Of a stretch of 64,000 nt of DNA, positions 11,101 through 24,039 are shown in pieces; the stretch's first letter is position 1; each line of letters starts with the position of its first letter. The position numbers were made by a program, and so were the translations under genes. Origin of the DNA: Heptranchias perlo (lineage: Eukaryota); NCBI RefSeq assembly GCF_035084215.1, contig NW_027139729.1, positions 1,426,001-1,490,000 on the forward strand. Reading direction: 5' to 3'. The notes under the pieces were generated by a model, which worked only from the letters and a program-made list of their open reading frames with translations, searched no databases and was not told where the DNA came from.

Positions 11101-13200
11101 TGAGTGAGAGAAATTCTGTATCTGTCAGTCTGTGCGATAATGTGTGAGTGTGGGATTCATTTTGAATCTGTCAGTCTCTGGTACATTGTATGAGTTTGGG
11201 ATTCATTCCATATATCAGTCTCTGGCACTCTATCGGAGTGTGAGATTCATTCTTTATCTGTATCTAATTTGTATTTCCGTTTACAGTATGGTGTTCAAAT
11301 CTGTATCTTTAATACCTTAATGTTGGAATATTATTTCCCAGTCTTTAATTAGTAGATCATGATATATTTTAAAATGTAATGCTGTCAGATATAATCAGAT
11401 AATGTGGGCATCTATTTTTGGACTACTATTAAATCTGTATCGATGGGAAAACAATTGTGAATTTGTGCATCTTCCAAACTGATATGGTGACATTTTTGAA
11501 CTTGTATATAATGTGGAGCTCAGTCTGCATGAATAGAATACTGTATATTTCAGTCTGAATCTGTAACAGTTTTGTTGTTGTGGTTTCTAATGTGTAGCTC
11601 AGTCTGCACTAATGGAATTGACACTGTATCTTTCAATCTGACACTGTGAGATTTTTGGACTGGTACGTAATGTGCAACCAAGCCTGCATTGATGGAATTG
11701 ATACGTTATCTTTCAATCTGTGACTGTGAGATTTTTGCTCTGGTAAGTAATTTGTAACTCAGCCTGCACGAATATAGGTGACTGTGAGATTCACTTTGCA
11801 TCTCTCAGTCTCTGGTACTGCATGTGAGTTTGGGATTCATGCTGTATCTGTCACTCTCTGGTACTCAATTTGAGTGTGGGATTCATTCTGTATATACATT
11901 CTCTAGTACTGTGTGTGGGTGTTGAATTATTTCCGTATAAGCAGTTTCTCATAATGTGTGTGAGTGTGGGATTGATTCTGTATCTGTCAATCTCTGGTAC
12001 TGTGTGTGAGTGTGGGATTCATTCTGTATCTGTCATTCTCTGGTGCTGTGTGTGAGTGTGGGATTCATTCTGTATCTGTCATTCTCTGGTGCTGTGTGTG
12101 AGTGTGAGATTCATTCTGTATCTGTCAGTCTCTGGTACTGTGTGTGAGTGTGAGATTCATTCTATATCTGCAATTCTCAGGTACTGTGTGTGAGTGTGGG
12201 ATTCATTCTGTATCTGTCATTCTCTGGTGCTGTGTGTGAGTGTGGGATTCATTCTGTATCTGTCAGTCTCTGGTACTGTGTGTGAGTGTGAGATTCATTC
12301 TGTATCTGTCAGTCTCTGGTGCTGTGTGTGAGTGTGGGATTCATTCTGTATCTGCAGTTCTCAGGTACTGTGTGTGAGTTTGGGATTCATTCTGTATCTG
12401 TCAGTCTCTGGTACTGTGTGTGAGTGTGGGATTCATTCTGTATCTGCAGTTCTCAGGTACTGTGTGTGAGTGTGGGATTCATTCTGTATCTGTCAGTCTC
12501 TGGTGCTGTGTGTGAGTGTGAGATTCAATCTGTATCTGTCAGTCTCTGGTACTATGTGTGAGTGTGGGATTCATACTTTACCTGTAAGTCTCTAGTGCTT
12601 TATGAGAGTGTGGGATGACCTTGATATCTGTCAGTCCTTGGTACTGTATGGCCAGTGTGGGATTCATTCTGTATCTGTCATCTCTTGTACCGTACTTCAG
12701 TGTGGGATTGAATTTATGTCTGGCAACCTCTCGTACTGTATGTGAGTGTGGGATTCATTCTGTGTCTGTGTGTCTCTGTACTGTATCTGAGTGTGAGATT
12801 CATTCTGTATCTGTATGGAATTATTCTCTCAGATTACATTATGGCGTTCAATACTGTAGCTTTAATGTCTTAATATTTAAATAGTTTTTCACATTATTTA
12901 ATTGGTCAAAATGGATACACTTTAGGATTTGATGCTGGAGGTTTCAATCAGATAATTTGTGTGCTTTTTGGACTAGTATTAAATGTGTATTTCTGTGATT
13001 ACTATTGTGAATGATAATGAATCTTTCAAAATTATATTGTGAATTGGTATGTAATGTGTAGATCAGTCTGCACTAAAGGAATTGATTCTGTAACTTTAAA
13101 TTTTATTTCATAAGATTTTTGGACTCGTGTGTAATGTGTATCTCAGTCTGGATGAACAGAATTGATACAGTATCTTTTAATCTCATACTATGAGTGTATT
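8160..13200. repeat. Higher-order composite satellite: about four cycles of 46-bp array, spacer, ~80-bp array
   Basis: 46-mer arrays at ~8160-8600, 9390-9890, 10840-11260, 11780-12820; ~80-mer arrays at ~8860-9380, 10150-10830, 11490-11770, 13040-13200; related AT-rich spacers between them. Confidence 0.85.
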
Positions 13201-14365
13201 ATAAACTGGTATCTAATTTGTTTCTCAGGTTACACTGTCACAGCATTTCTCAATCTGATACTGTCCGTGAGTTTTGCACTAGCAATTTGTATTCGAATGG
13301 TACACTATTTGAATGGATACTGCATGTATTAAACTCACATGTGTGTGAGAGTTCTGGGCTCGAATTCAATAGGAATCTCGAGGAACATTATTGGGATTCA
13401 TTCTGGACCTTTCAATCGGGTACCATGTGTGATTTCTATCTGGTATTTAATTCATGGCTAATTTTGCCCCTTTGTGAAATAGACAATCTGAGAGTGTGAT
13501 TTTGGAATGGGATTTTTGTATCTCCCTGTCAGCGGGACTGAGTTCGGGGGAAATGGAACAGTGTCTGCCTCACCTGCTCTGTTTGACTGTGGATTGAAAA
13601 TGTGTCTCTGGAATTTGGGATCATTGTGGGACTGAGTACTTCTGCTGTCTGAGACTGTGGAACTGATGACCTGTCTGTGTCACTGTGCTCTGTGAGTGAT
13701 AATGTACTTACTGTGTGTGAGAAGGAGCTGGCTGCACTGTTCCTTGTGCCTCGGGTGGACGAAACATCACATTCATTGTGGATCCTTCACGGGTTTGCCT
13801 GTAGAAAGAAACGTATGTCTGGTAACTCAAGAACAGGTGAGGAAGAAAATACAGAAGTGATCAGTTTAATATCTGTAAATAATTATTTTGAATATCCTTA
13901 AATATAAATCAGCGATTCGAACAGTGTCAGTGTCTGACTCCACTGTAGTACTGCAGCACCCAGCTTCTGCACACCAGGTGTGTTGGGCTGTTTTACAACA
14001 ATGTATTGACATCCAGACACAATCCAACACCTCCACTAACACATGAATGGGACTACCCGATGGGGCAGGGACCTTTGCACAAGTCAGGTTTCTCATCCCC
14101 TCTCCCATGGGACTAACCGTTCAAATGAAACCAAACAGCCGCTGTTCAAAATGTGTCCTTCACACTTCTCACCTGATGCCTGCAATTGACGCTCTTTGTA
14201 TCACTCCCCACATCCTTACTGTCCGGCTCTGTTTCCACTCTTCACTGTCCAATAACAATAAACAGGGTGAGACTGGAACGAAACCAGGAACATTCACTAC
14301 TGGTTTGGGGAGAGAAAGCAGCAATGATTTTAAATAGCAGGTTCTTCCCATTCTCTCTCCCTTAC

Positions 14366-14760
14366 CCTGGACACACCCTGTTCACACACAGCCCGAGAAT
14401 GACCTCTCCCTTCCCCCGCTCACTCCATGTTCCGGGACCAGTTCCTGATCCACTCCGCCTCTTACAAACAGCCCCCGGACTCCCCCTGACCTTCCCCCGG
14501 ACTCAATGCCGATCTCTGAGCCCATCTGCGGACACGGTCCCGAAGCGATGAGCTGCTGTAACGAGGCTGCTCTTTGCTCCCTTCCCCCGGGGGCCGTGAT
14601 CTCTCCATTCCCGGCTGTTTCAAACCATCTTCTTCCGCTCACTGAGGGAATGGCGCCCACAGGCCGAGCTGGGGGAGGGGAGCGCGCATGCGCTCTTCTG
14701 CTCACCAACAACCAGCGCTGGGGGCGGGGCTGAGTCACGCATGCGCAGATATCTGGTTTA
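14366..14760 (-). promoter_or_regulatory. CpG-rich promoter and putative first exon (copy B)
   Basis: NRF1-like GCGCATGCGC (~14684), GC box GGGGCGGGGC (~14721), second GCATGCGC (~14740); minus-strand donor CAGG/GTAAGG at ~14361-14369. Confidence 0.6.
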
Positions 14761-17424
14761 ATTCCCAATACAAAAATCGATGGAAACTTTCCCCAATTGG
14801 AATTTTTCCGAGTCTGAGCAAAGGAAGTGGGTCTGGGGGAAAGGTCAGAGGGAATGGGGTCCACAGGCAGTGCAGGAACAGGCACCAGAATGGAAAACAG
14901 ATGGGATTCCACCAGTGCCTAACGCTGGAATCCAGACTGACTTTACAATCTCTAACTATTAAACTAGATGTTTCCATCCCTGCTGTTTCTCTCGGTATCT
15001 TTTGATGGTAAAGAGTCTTTCAGTGATAAAGTGGGCGGCTCTGAAATGGGTCTCTGGATTTTGTTCATTCTCGTACTCTTTACTGATAAAACTGATGCGA
15101 GCATTTCTCAAACCAATCCTGGAGAAACATGTGAGGAAAGAGTGAGTCGGTGTGTTTGTTGGGACCGTGTCGGATTAATATCTGACAGCAAAAGTCATAG
15201 ATTAATTTAACCGGAGTGAAACTCTCGCTCTACTGAGAATAATGCCGAACGGCCCTGAGCTGCATAACTGCAGATGGTAGAAGAGGCAAAAGAGGGTTAA
15301 ATGTAGCCCATTGTTCTTTCACTCTCTGCACTTTCCCTCAGTGTGGGATTAATAATGTGTCTGTCTCTGGTACAATAACAGTGAGAGATGAGACTGCACC
15401 TTCTTTCTCAACAATGGGATCTTTCTGGATAAAACGCAACTTTACAGGTCAGTCTGGAACTGATACTGTGTATGTCTGTCTGTCTCTGTCTCTCCGCTTT
15501 CTCGATCTCCCTCTCTCATCGTGTCTGTCTGTCTGTCTGTCTCTGATGCTGTGTATGTAGGTTAGATAATGCTGGCAAGCGTGATATAGACACACCGATT
15601 GGAAGTGTGAGACTGACAGTGTGTGTTTGTCTCTCTCTAGTGCTGAACATGAAGGTGGGAGACTGTCTGATATAAAACACTGAGAATGGGGTGTCCGGGC
15701 CTCACTGTAACTGGGGATGTGTTCGGCTCCAGGCCCAGTTCACGGTTATTTTCTTTTTACAGATTCAGGGCGAGAGTGTCTGTGAGACTGTAACACTGGC
15801 GGTGAAACTCCGCGTCACAACTCAAACACCAACACATGAGATTCTCCAAATCAGCTGGAATAAGGTGTTTTTAAACTGCTGAACCCGTCTGGGAGGGGAT
15901 GTGTGTGGAGATCGAATCGGGTCTGGGACTGAAATGGAAGAAGGCGGGTTGACTTGTGAGAGAAGGGACTGTATTTAGGCAGGAATATTACTGACTGTTA
16001 ATTGTAACGGAGTTTATTTAAAAGCTCCGTGTTTCTGGGAATCCTTGAATATGAAGCCCGAGTCTGTAAGGGTTTGTGCGGAGCGCTGTGTTTCGGTTCT
16101 ATTATCGATAAACGGTTTGAAATTGGCGGTTGGAGAAAGCTGGAGGTGGTATTTTTATTCTCACAGTCGTTACTCGGGCGATATGAGAGAGTAAACCAAC
16201 TCAATATCAGAGTCACATTGAACATATCCATCTACATTCATTATACCAGACTTCCGTGGAACTAAATTGCTGCCGGGTTTGGATGTTCCAGTTTTATTTT
16301 TAATCGTCTGTAATTTAATGCGGACAACACCTCGCTAAACTAGCCCACGGGTGGGCTGTTTTGGGAAATAGAAAAGCAATAATCGATACAGTAGCTCACC
16401 TGAGGTTTGGGTTGAGGCACTTTGTTGTTACATTTTCCTGCGCCTGAATTTTGGGTGCTTGATGCTGACACCGAGTGCCTGAAGTGGGACACGGTCCCTT
16501 CCCAGTAATAGAGATCCTGACCATGATGGGAGCAATCGTTCTAACTAAACACAAATGATTTACGCTGTTTTCTGGGTACATGGTCCATTCTCACCCCTTC
16601 ATCCTGTGATCACCGTCTAATAGTCAAAGGCTGCCATGTTAGATCATTGCAATGTTCCAAGCCACATCTTATTTCAGGTTGTACAAAACTCTGTGTTGTT
16701 GCTTCAATTGTGGGGACCAACTCATTCCCACGCAGCCTGTGTATCCGCTCTCAGTCTCTCAAACCTTCCGGGTTTGTCCTTCAGTGAATTGGAGCAAGTG
16801 ATTCAGTCGCCGTTCCTCACAGCTCTCATGCCTCAAAGTAGCACTTCTTCGTAAATGGATACAACCGCCTTTTTATTGCTGTTTGGTGAGTCGTGAAACA
16901 ATTTTATACCAATTCCCGGTCTGAGTGGGCAACTGTAAGCGGGAGAGTGAGACTGAACCCGGCGGTGTCCGAACTCAGGTATCTCATAATTTGGTGTGGA
17001 GCCTTCTACATTGGAAAGCATTCAGAGCGGTTGCTTGCTTGTGCTGAATTCTCTGCGGGTAACGGTGAGGGGAGAGTAACGGTGAGGGGACAATCTCTCT
17101 TCATATCGGTATTAAAGTATCTCGGATCTAGTTTTTCTTTGATAATTGAATCTATGAGAATCTGTTTGTTAAAACCTGCAGCTTTGACCAACTGTTGGTC
17201 ACCTGAGCTAATATCTCCTTCAGTGGCTCGGTGTCACATTTTGTTTGATAACGCTCCCGTGAGGCGCCTTGAGACGGGCTGAAAAGGGGAGATATTGGTC
17301 TCCCGATAGCCCAGTTACTGTCTACAGTGTCGGAGTAAGATGTATATAGAAGGAAAATTCCACGATCGACATCCGCTGAGTTTGCTGATCTCTATCAAGG
17401 TGGGGGGGGGGGGGGAGGGGCGGG

Positions 17425-17642
17425 GTGGAGTGGGGGCGATACCAGTGGGCTCAGTGCCACAAAGCCATTGAATGAAATATCGGCCAAGTGTCGCCTTATC
17501 GCATCTTAATTGATCTCGAACGAGCCCTGCTATTTTTGGCGGGGCAGTGGGACTAGCTGGATTGCTCATGCATGGAGCCAGCACGGACTCGATGGGCCGA
17601 ATGACCTCCTGCCGTGCAGGAACCTTCTCTGATTCTCTGATA
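17425..17642 (+). mobile_element. SINE/CR1-tail fragment
   Basis: Ends in CR1-type 3' hairpin GATGGGCCGAATGACCTCC and (TTCTCTGA)n tail. Confidence 0.55.
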
Positions 17643-19439
17643 CGAAATGTTCCATGCTTGGAAGTGAGCATGCGCGTTAGGAGGGTGCAGTTCGACAGGG
17701 GTCACCACGGCTGACCTCAGGTCAATCAACCCCCTGCACTCAGACATGAGCAGATAATGCGGTGGGGTATTGGAGGGCGGCCCTGAGCAACTCCCTTCGT
17801 GAATACACCTCTTTGGGGGAGATAGAGAGAAAAAGGGGAGAAGAAACATTTGAAACATTCAGTGGATAATCTGGTAAATATATTTTTAGCGACTCAGTTG
17901 GTGTTGAGACATTGTTCCCTCTGTCAGAGTTTAAGTTCCTCTTTCTTTGAACTAACCCACCGCTAAGTTGAAACCGCTGTCTTCCGCCATGAAGCCAACT
18001 GCTCTTCCTGTTCTCTTCAGGACTGGCCATTTTCAGTTTGCTTGCTTATTTTTCGTCCTCTATTCCATCTTGCATCTCGATTTTAGGGGTTTTGTGATAT
18101 TTATGAGCGCGTGTGTACTGTCTGTACAACTAAATGTTTCTGGTGAATAATTCAGGCGGCATTCAATTCTAGGAATTTATTTTAACTCCACTTCCTCCTT
18201 CAGTGTGCTAGAATTGACCATGTCACTAAGATACAGATCTACACAGTGGGTGGAGACTAATGTTCCTCAATAAACACAGTGCTGCAGCTGCAAGTTGTGC
18301 TCAGCATTAACCCCTTATCTCCAACTTTTCATGCTGTTTTTTGTAATTAGACCCAAGGGCACCTATTGATAATTACCATGGATTAATGGAATTGGTTACA
18401 AATTTACACATCTCGATAGACCTTATTCAGTTATGGTGGTGAAATGGAGAACAAGGGGGCACAATCTAATATATCCCCTTATTGCTAGCTTAGGAGATAT
18501 TAGGTGTAATATTAAACATCTCTATCAAATTCAAGTGAATTCAATTCAATTTTATTAATAAATGAATGCCTGATAATCAGTGTGCTACTGCACCACTATT
18601 AGGGGTGGATTTCAAAGAATTAATTAATTACTCGGTTAAAAGCCTATCAGAAAGATTGCCACAATGTATTTTCATTCAATATATTTCAACACATTCTTGG
18701 TTCTGCTACAATGTTCTTACTGTCAGGGGTTCCCATTCTGTTTGAGTGCTGTCCCTAAATAGATTCCCTTAATGAAAGCTTCGGAGATGTTAGTTGCAAT
18801 GTTAAATATTTTTATTCATTTTAAGTCCCTTGAATTGTATTTTATTAATAAATGAATGCCTGAGAATATATCCGTTACTGCACCTCTAATAGTGGTTGCT
18901 TTCAAAGAATTAATGAATATAACCATCGGTTGGAAGAAAATCAGAAAGATTGGCACAATGAATTTTCATTCAGTGTGTTTAAACACATTCTTGTTCTGCT
19001 GACTGTCCTTACTGTCAGCGGTTAAACTTCCTCTTTGTCCGAGGTGAAGCGCTTCTGAGCTGAAACCATTGGCTTCCGTTCTAAGTATTTGATATCACTG
19101 TTAAATTCTGCCTGCAATATTTTCAGATTCTTTACTTATTCATGTTCAATTTACTTCCTCCTTCCATACCGTTCACCCGAATTGTGACATTTGTAACAAT
19201 GAATAAACTGTTTGTAAAAGTATCGGTTCCCAGTGAGTTCAAACACCATTCTGTTCTCATTATTTAGACTCCACCTCCTCCTTCAGTATGCTGCAATTGA
19301 CCACATCACTGAGATATGGAACTGCACAGTGGGTGGAGACTAATGTCCTGAAATAAAGACAGTGCGACTGCTGACCGTTGCTCAGTTGGGGATAGACTGT
19401 TTCCACTGGCAGGAGGGTCGGCATTTACCGTTTAATCTC

Positions 19440-22400
19440 CAACTACCACCTTCAAAGATTTGTGTATGTGAATCCCCAGGTCTCTCTGTTCATGCTCCCA
19501 CTGTGCAATTTGATCATTTAGATTATATTGCCTCTTCTCACTCTTCTTTCCAAAATACATCACTTCACACTTCTCTACATTAAATGTCATCTGCCATGTG
19601 TTTCCCCATTTCACCAATCTACCAATGTCCTCCTGAGCTCTGCCAACAACCTTCTCATTGCTTACTAACATTTCAAGTTGACAAGAATCATAGAATCATA
19701 GAATCTTACAACGTGAAAGGAGGCCTTTCGGCCCGTCGAGTCTATGCTGGCTCCTTGAACGAGCTATCCAAATTAGTAACACACCCCAATTATTTTCTCC
19801 ATAACCCTGCAGATTAGTCCCCTTCAAGTACATGTCCAATTGCCCTTTGAAAGTTCCTATGGAATCTGCTTCCATCACCCTTTCAGGTAGTGTGTTCCAG
19901 ATCTTCGCAAACCTCTTTATGCAAACATTTCTCCTAATTTCCCTCTAGTTCTTTTGCCAACTCTTTGAAATCTGTGACCTCTGGTTACAGACCACTTGCC
20001 AGCGGAAACAATTTCACTCTACTTGCTCTGTCAAAGCCCCTCATTATTTTGAATACCTCTATTAGGTCTGCCTTTACACTTACCTGCTCTAAGGAGAACA
20101 ACCCCAGCTTCTCCAATCTCTCCACATAACTGAAGTCCCTCATCCCTGGTATCATCCGGGTAAATCTCCTCTTTACCCTCTCCAAGACCTTGACATCCTT
20201 CCTAAAGTGTGGTGCCCAGAGTTGTACACTGCCAAGGCCTCGGTCACTTCCTTGCAACTATCATAACCCATATCTCCTTACTTACTTCAAATCAAATTAC
20301 TTCTGCGTTCCAACTTTGGAATAAACACTTTCACACTCCCTGTTGCCTCGACTTTGACCCGCCATTTGTCATCATACTTCTGCGGCTGTGGAACTTCTCA
20401 ACCACTCCCGTTCTTCAACCGTTGATGCCTTTGCCCCGAGTAAAACGTTTACTCTCTTCTATCCTGATCGTTCCTGCTGGTTTAATTCCAAGGGGTGCAG
20501 ACTTGAGCATATCTGGATCACCACTGGTTTAGCCATCCATCATCAGATATGGCTGACCCAGAATTAGAACAAGCACTATGTCCTCTCTGAAAACCGCCTG
20601 CTGCTCCAGAATGACCCTGGGGACCAAAGATAACCTCCAGCTTCTTTTGCCCACAACACACAATCTCCATAAATCTCTTTCCCAGCCCCCTCCACACTCT
20701 CCTCCAACAACAAATACGAGGACCTAGTGAACTTCATGAAGTCTTACAGCACAGAGGAAGGCCTTTCGGCTCGTCATGCATGTGCCAGCTTTTAAATGAG
20801 CTATCAAATTAATCCCACTCCCCTGATCTTTCCACATCGCTCTGCATTCTTTCCCTTTACAACTTTCTATCCAATCCACTTTTGGAAGTTACTATTGAAT
20901 CTGCTTCCACCACCATTCCAGATCAGAACAACTTGTGGCGTAACAAAATTTATCCTCATCTCCTTCTGATTCTTTTGCCAATTAACATAAATCTGTATCC
21001 TCTGATTCCCGACCCTCCTGCCAGTGGAAACAGTTTCTCACTACACACTCGAACAAAACCCCTCATAATTTTGAACACCCCTATTAAATCTCCACTTAAC
21101 CTTCTCTGCTCTAAGGAGAACAATCCCAGTTTTTCCAGTCTCTCTACATAACCGAAGTCACTAAGATTAAGACCATCCATTCAGATGCCTGTGCTGCATC
21201 CCACAATTCCCAATATCACCAAGCCCAACCTCTCCTAAGGCTCCCCCATCATCCAGCCCTGATCCTGAGCCTTTTTCGAGTTTCCCTCCGATTTCCACGC
21301 ATGTACTTTCCGAGCTGAGCTTGCCCATTAGACCCACCTCCTGCTCCCTTGACCTTATTCGGTGGAAACAGCTGACTACGCAACTTCCATTCCGGGCCCC
21401 AAACCAGGTGAAATTGTGAATGGTCAGTTTCCTCAGGTACTGTCCTCCTCTTGCCGTGAGACTGTTTGTTTCCTCTGCTTTCTCCTATTCTGATTGAATG
21501 CTGTACCTAAATACATCTCCTTATTCATGGCTTAGGCGATATTAGTTGCAATATTAAATATGTCTACGTATTTTAAGTGAATTGAATTGAATTTATTAAT
21601 AAATCAATGACCATGAATAAGTCTGTTACTACACCTCGAATATTGGTGGTTTTCAAATAATTAAATAATTATTTGAAATTAACTTTCAGTTGAAAGCATA
21701 TCAGAAAGATTAACACAGTGAATTTACGTTCAAAATGTTTAACCTCAGGTTTCCTTTTTATGTATTTGCTCTCACTGGTAACTTCAACCTGATGTTATAT
21801 AGAATTTACAGCATGGAAACAGGCCATTCGGCGTAAATGGTCTGTGCCGGTGTTTATGCTCCACGCGAGTCTCGCCCCATCCGACATCAGCTAACCCGAT
21901 CAGCATTTCCTTCTACACCTTTATCTCTCATGTACCTATCTCGCCTCCCCTTAAAGGCATCTATACTATTCGCCCCAACTACTCCATGTGGTAACAAGTT
22001 TCACATTCTCACCACTCTCTGTGTAAAGAAGTTTCTCCTGAATTCCCTATTGGATTTATTGTGACTATTCTATATTTAGGGCTCCTGGATTTGGACTGTC
22101 TCACAAGTGGGAGTGTTTTCTCTACGATTACCCTATCGAACCACTTCATAATGTTTAAAACCTTTATCATGTCACCCCTCAGCCTTCTCTTTTCCAGAGA
22201 AAAGATCCACAGCATGTTCAATCTTTCCTGATGGGCGTAACCACTCAGTTCTGGTTTCATTCTTGTAAATCTTTTTTGCACCTTCTCCAGTGCCTCTGCA
22301 TCCTTTTTTTAATATGGCGACCAAAAGTGTGCACAGTATTCTAAGTGTGGTCTAACCAAGGTTCTATATAAGTTTAACATAACTCATCTGCTTTTCAATT

Positions 22401-23870
22401 CTATTGCTCTAGAAATGAACCCCAGTGCTTTGTTTGCAATTTATGGCCTTGTTAACTTTATTTGCTGCTGTTAATGATTTGTGAATCTGGACCCCGACAT
22501 TGCTTCGCTCCTGTGTCCAATTTAGACTCTTATTTTCCAGGGAGTACGTGGCCTCCTTAATCCTTCTACCAAAATGTACCATATAATACTTTCAAATTCT
22601 TTACTTATTTATCTTGTATTTTTAGTCCGCCCTCCAAAGCGATGACACTCATATTATGATGTTCGTGACAGTGAGTAAAGTGTCTCTCAAAGTACCGGTT
22701 TCCAGTGGATTCTAACACCATTCGGTTCTCATTATTTAGACTCCATTTCCTCTTTCAGTATGCTAGAGCTGACCATATCACTGAGATATCGATCTGCACA
22801 GTGGGTGGAGACTAATGTCCTTCAATAAACTCAGTGCTGCAGTTGCCCGTTGGGATCAGCATGAAGCTTTTAATCCCCAATATTTCCATATCAATTCCCA
22901 CCGTTAATGCATCGATCCATCCATCCCATAATAGAGCTCCGACACTTCTAATGCAATTCTGTTTCATGGTGTGGAGATGTGGGAATCTGTAAAAATGCAC
23001 AATGTTTGGACACACACCCAACCCAGCTGCTTTCCTTTATCTTTCAGTGACGGTTTCACTCTGTCCCAAACCGGGGCTTTTGTGCATTTTGAAGAACTTT
23101 TCACGCTGTTTTGTGTCAATAGGCTCAAGGCCACCTTTTGAAAGTGACCATGGATTATTGGAATTATTTGCAAACGGACATCTTGATAGGCCTCACTGTG
23201 CACACAAATTCTCCTCATCTCGCCTCTGGTTCTTTTGCCAAAAATTTTCAATCTGACCCTCTGGCCACCGACTCTTCTGCCAGTGGAAACATGTTCTCCT
23301 TATTTACTCTATCAAACCCCTTCATGATTTTGAACACCTCTATTAAATGGCCCTTTAACATTCTCTGCTCGAAGGAGAACAATTCCAGAGTCTCTAGTCT
23401 CTCCAATTAATTGACGTTCCCTATCCTTGATATCATTCCAATAAATTTCCTCTGTACCTTCTGTAAGGTCTTGACATCCTTCCTAAAATGTGGTGCCCAG
23501 AATTGGAGGCAACACTTCAGCTGCGGTCAAAACAATGATTTATAAAGGTTTAGCATAACCTCTTTGCTTCTTTTCCCTATACCTCTATTTTTAAAGCCAA
23601 TGATCCTATAAGTTTTATTTAACAGATTTATTGACTTGTACTGCCACCTTTCATGATTTGTGCACATACACCCCCAGGTCTGTCTGTTCCTGCAACACCT
23701 TTAAAATTGCACTATTTAGTTTATATTGCCTCGCCTCATTCTTCCTCCCAAAATGCATCTCTTCACACGTCTCTGTATTAAATGTCATCTGCCATGTGTC
23801 TGCCCATTTTATTACCAGTCTGTCTGAAGTCTGCTACTATCCTCCTCACTGCGAACTACAATTTCAAGTT
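19440..23870. mobile_element. Cluster of truncated CR1 LINE fragments (mostly minus) and an interrupted L2-like fragment (~20230-21450)
   Basis: Repeated [27 protein letters not shown] motifs in ORFs 19985-20257, 20956-21180, 22009-22281; (CATAGAAT)n tail at ~19686. Confidence 0.8.
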
Positions 23871-24039
23871 GACTACATTTTCAACCGAGCTACAAGGTGA
23901 CTTGACTTTTTAAATAAATATTTTTAAATATTATCCTCCCCTTCTTTGAAGCACGTCTCTGTTATTGCCATTAGATCATAGTCCCATGTGGCGACTTGAG
24001 CCTGCAGCTCACGAACTTTATATACAACGCTACGTGTGT

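Noticed and set aside
5179-13000. Hydrophobic Cys/Val-rich short ORFs in the satellite arrays
   Set aside because: Translations of 46-bp and 80-bp repeats whose lengths shift frame with every unit
14382-15005. ORFs of 100-220 aa in the CpG islands (also 48451-49116, 35394-36192, 41046-41589)
   Set aside because: GC-rich stop-poor sequence; a 1-nt indel between paralogues changes the frame, and splicing the B' ORF to 55308 meets a stop within ~21 codons
18186-18262. H/ACA snoRNA reading of the triplicated unit (CTCCAC...GTGGAG followed by AGACTA)
   Set aside because: No conserved second hairpin or ACA box across the three copies; an exon-like reading on the other strand fits better
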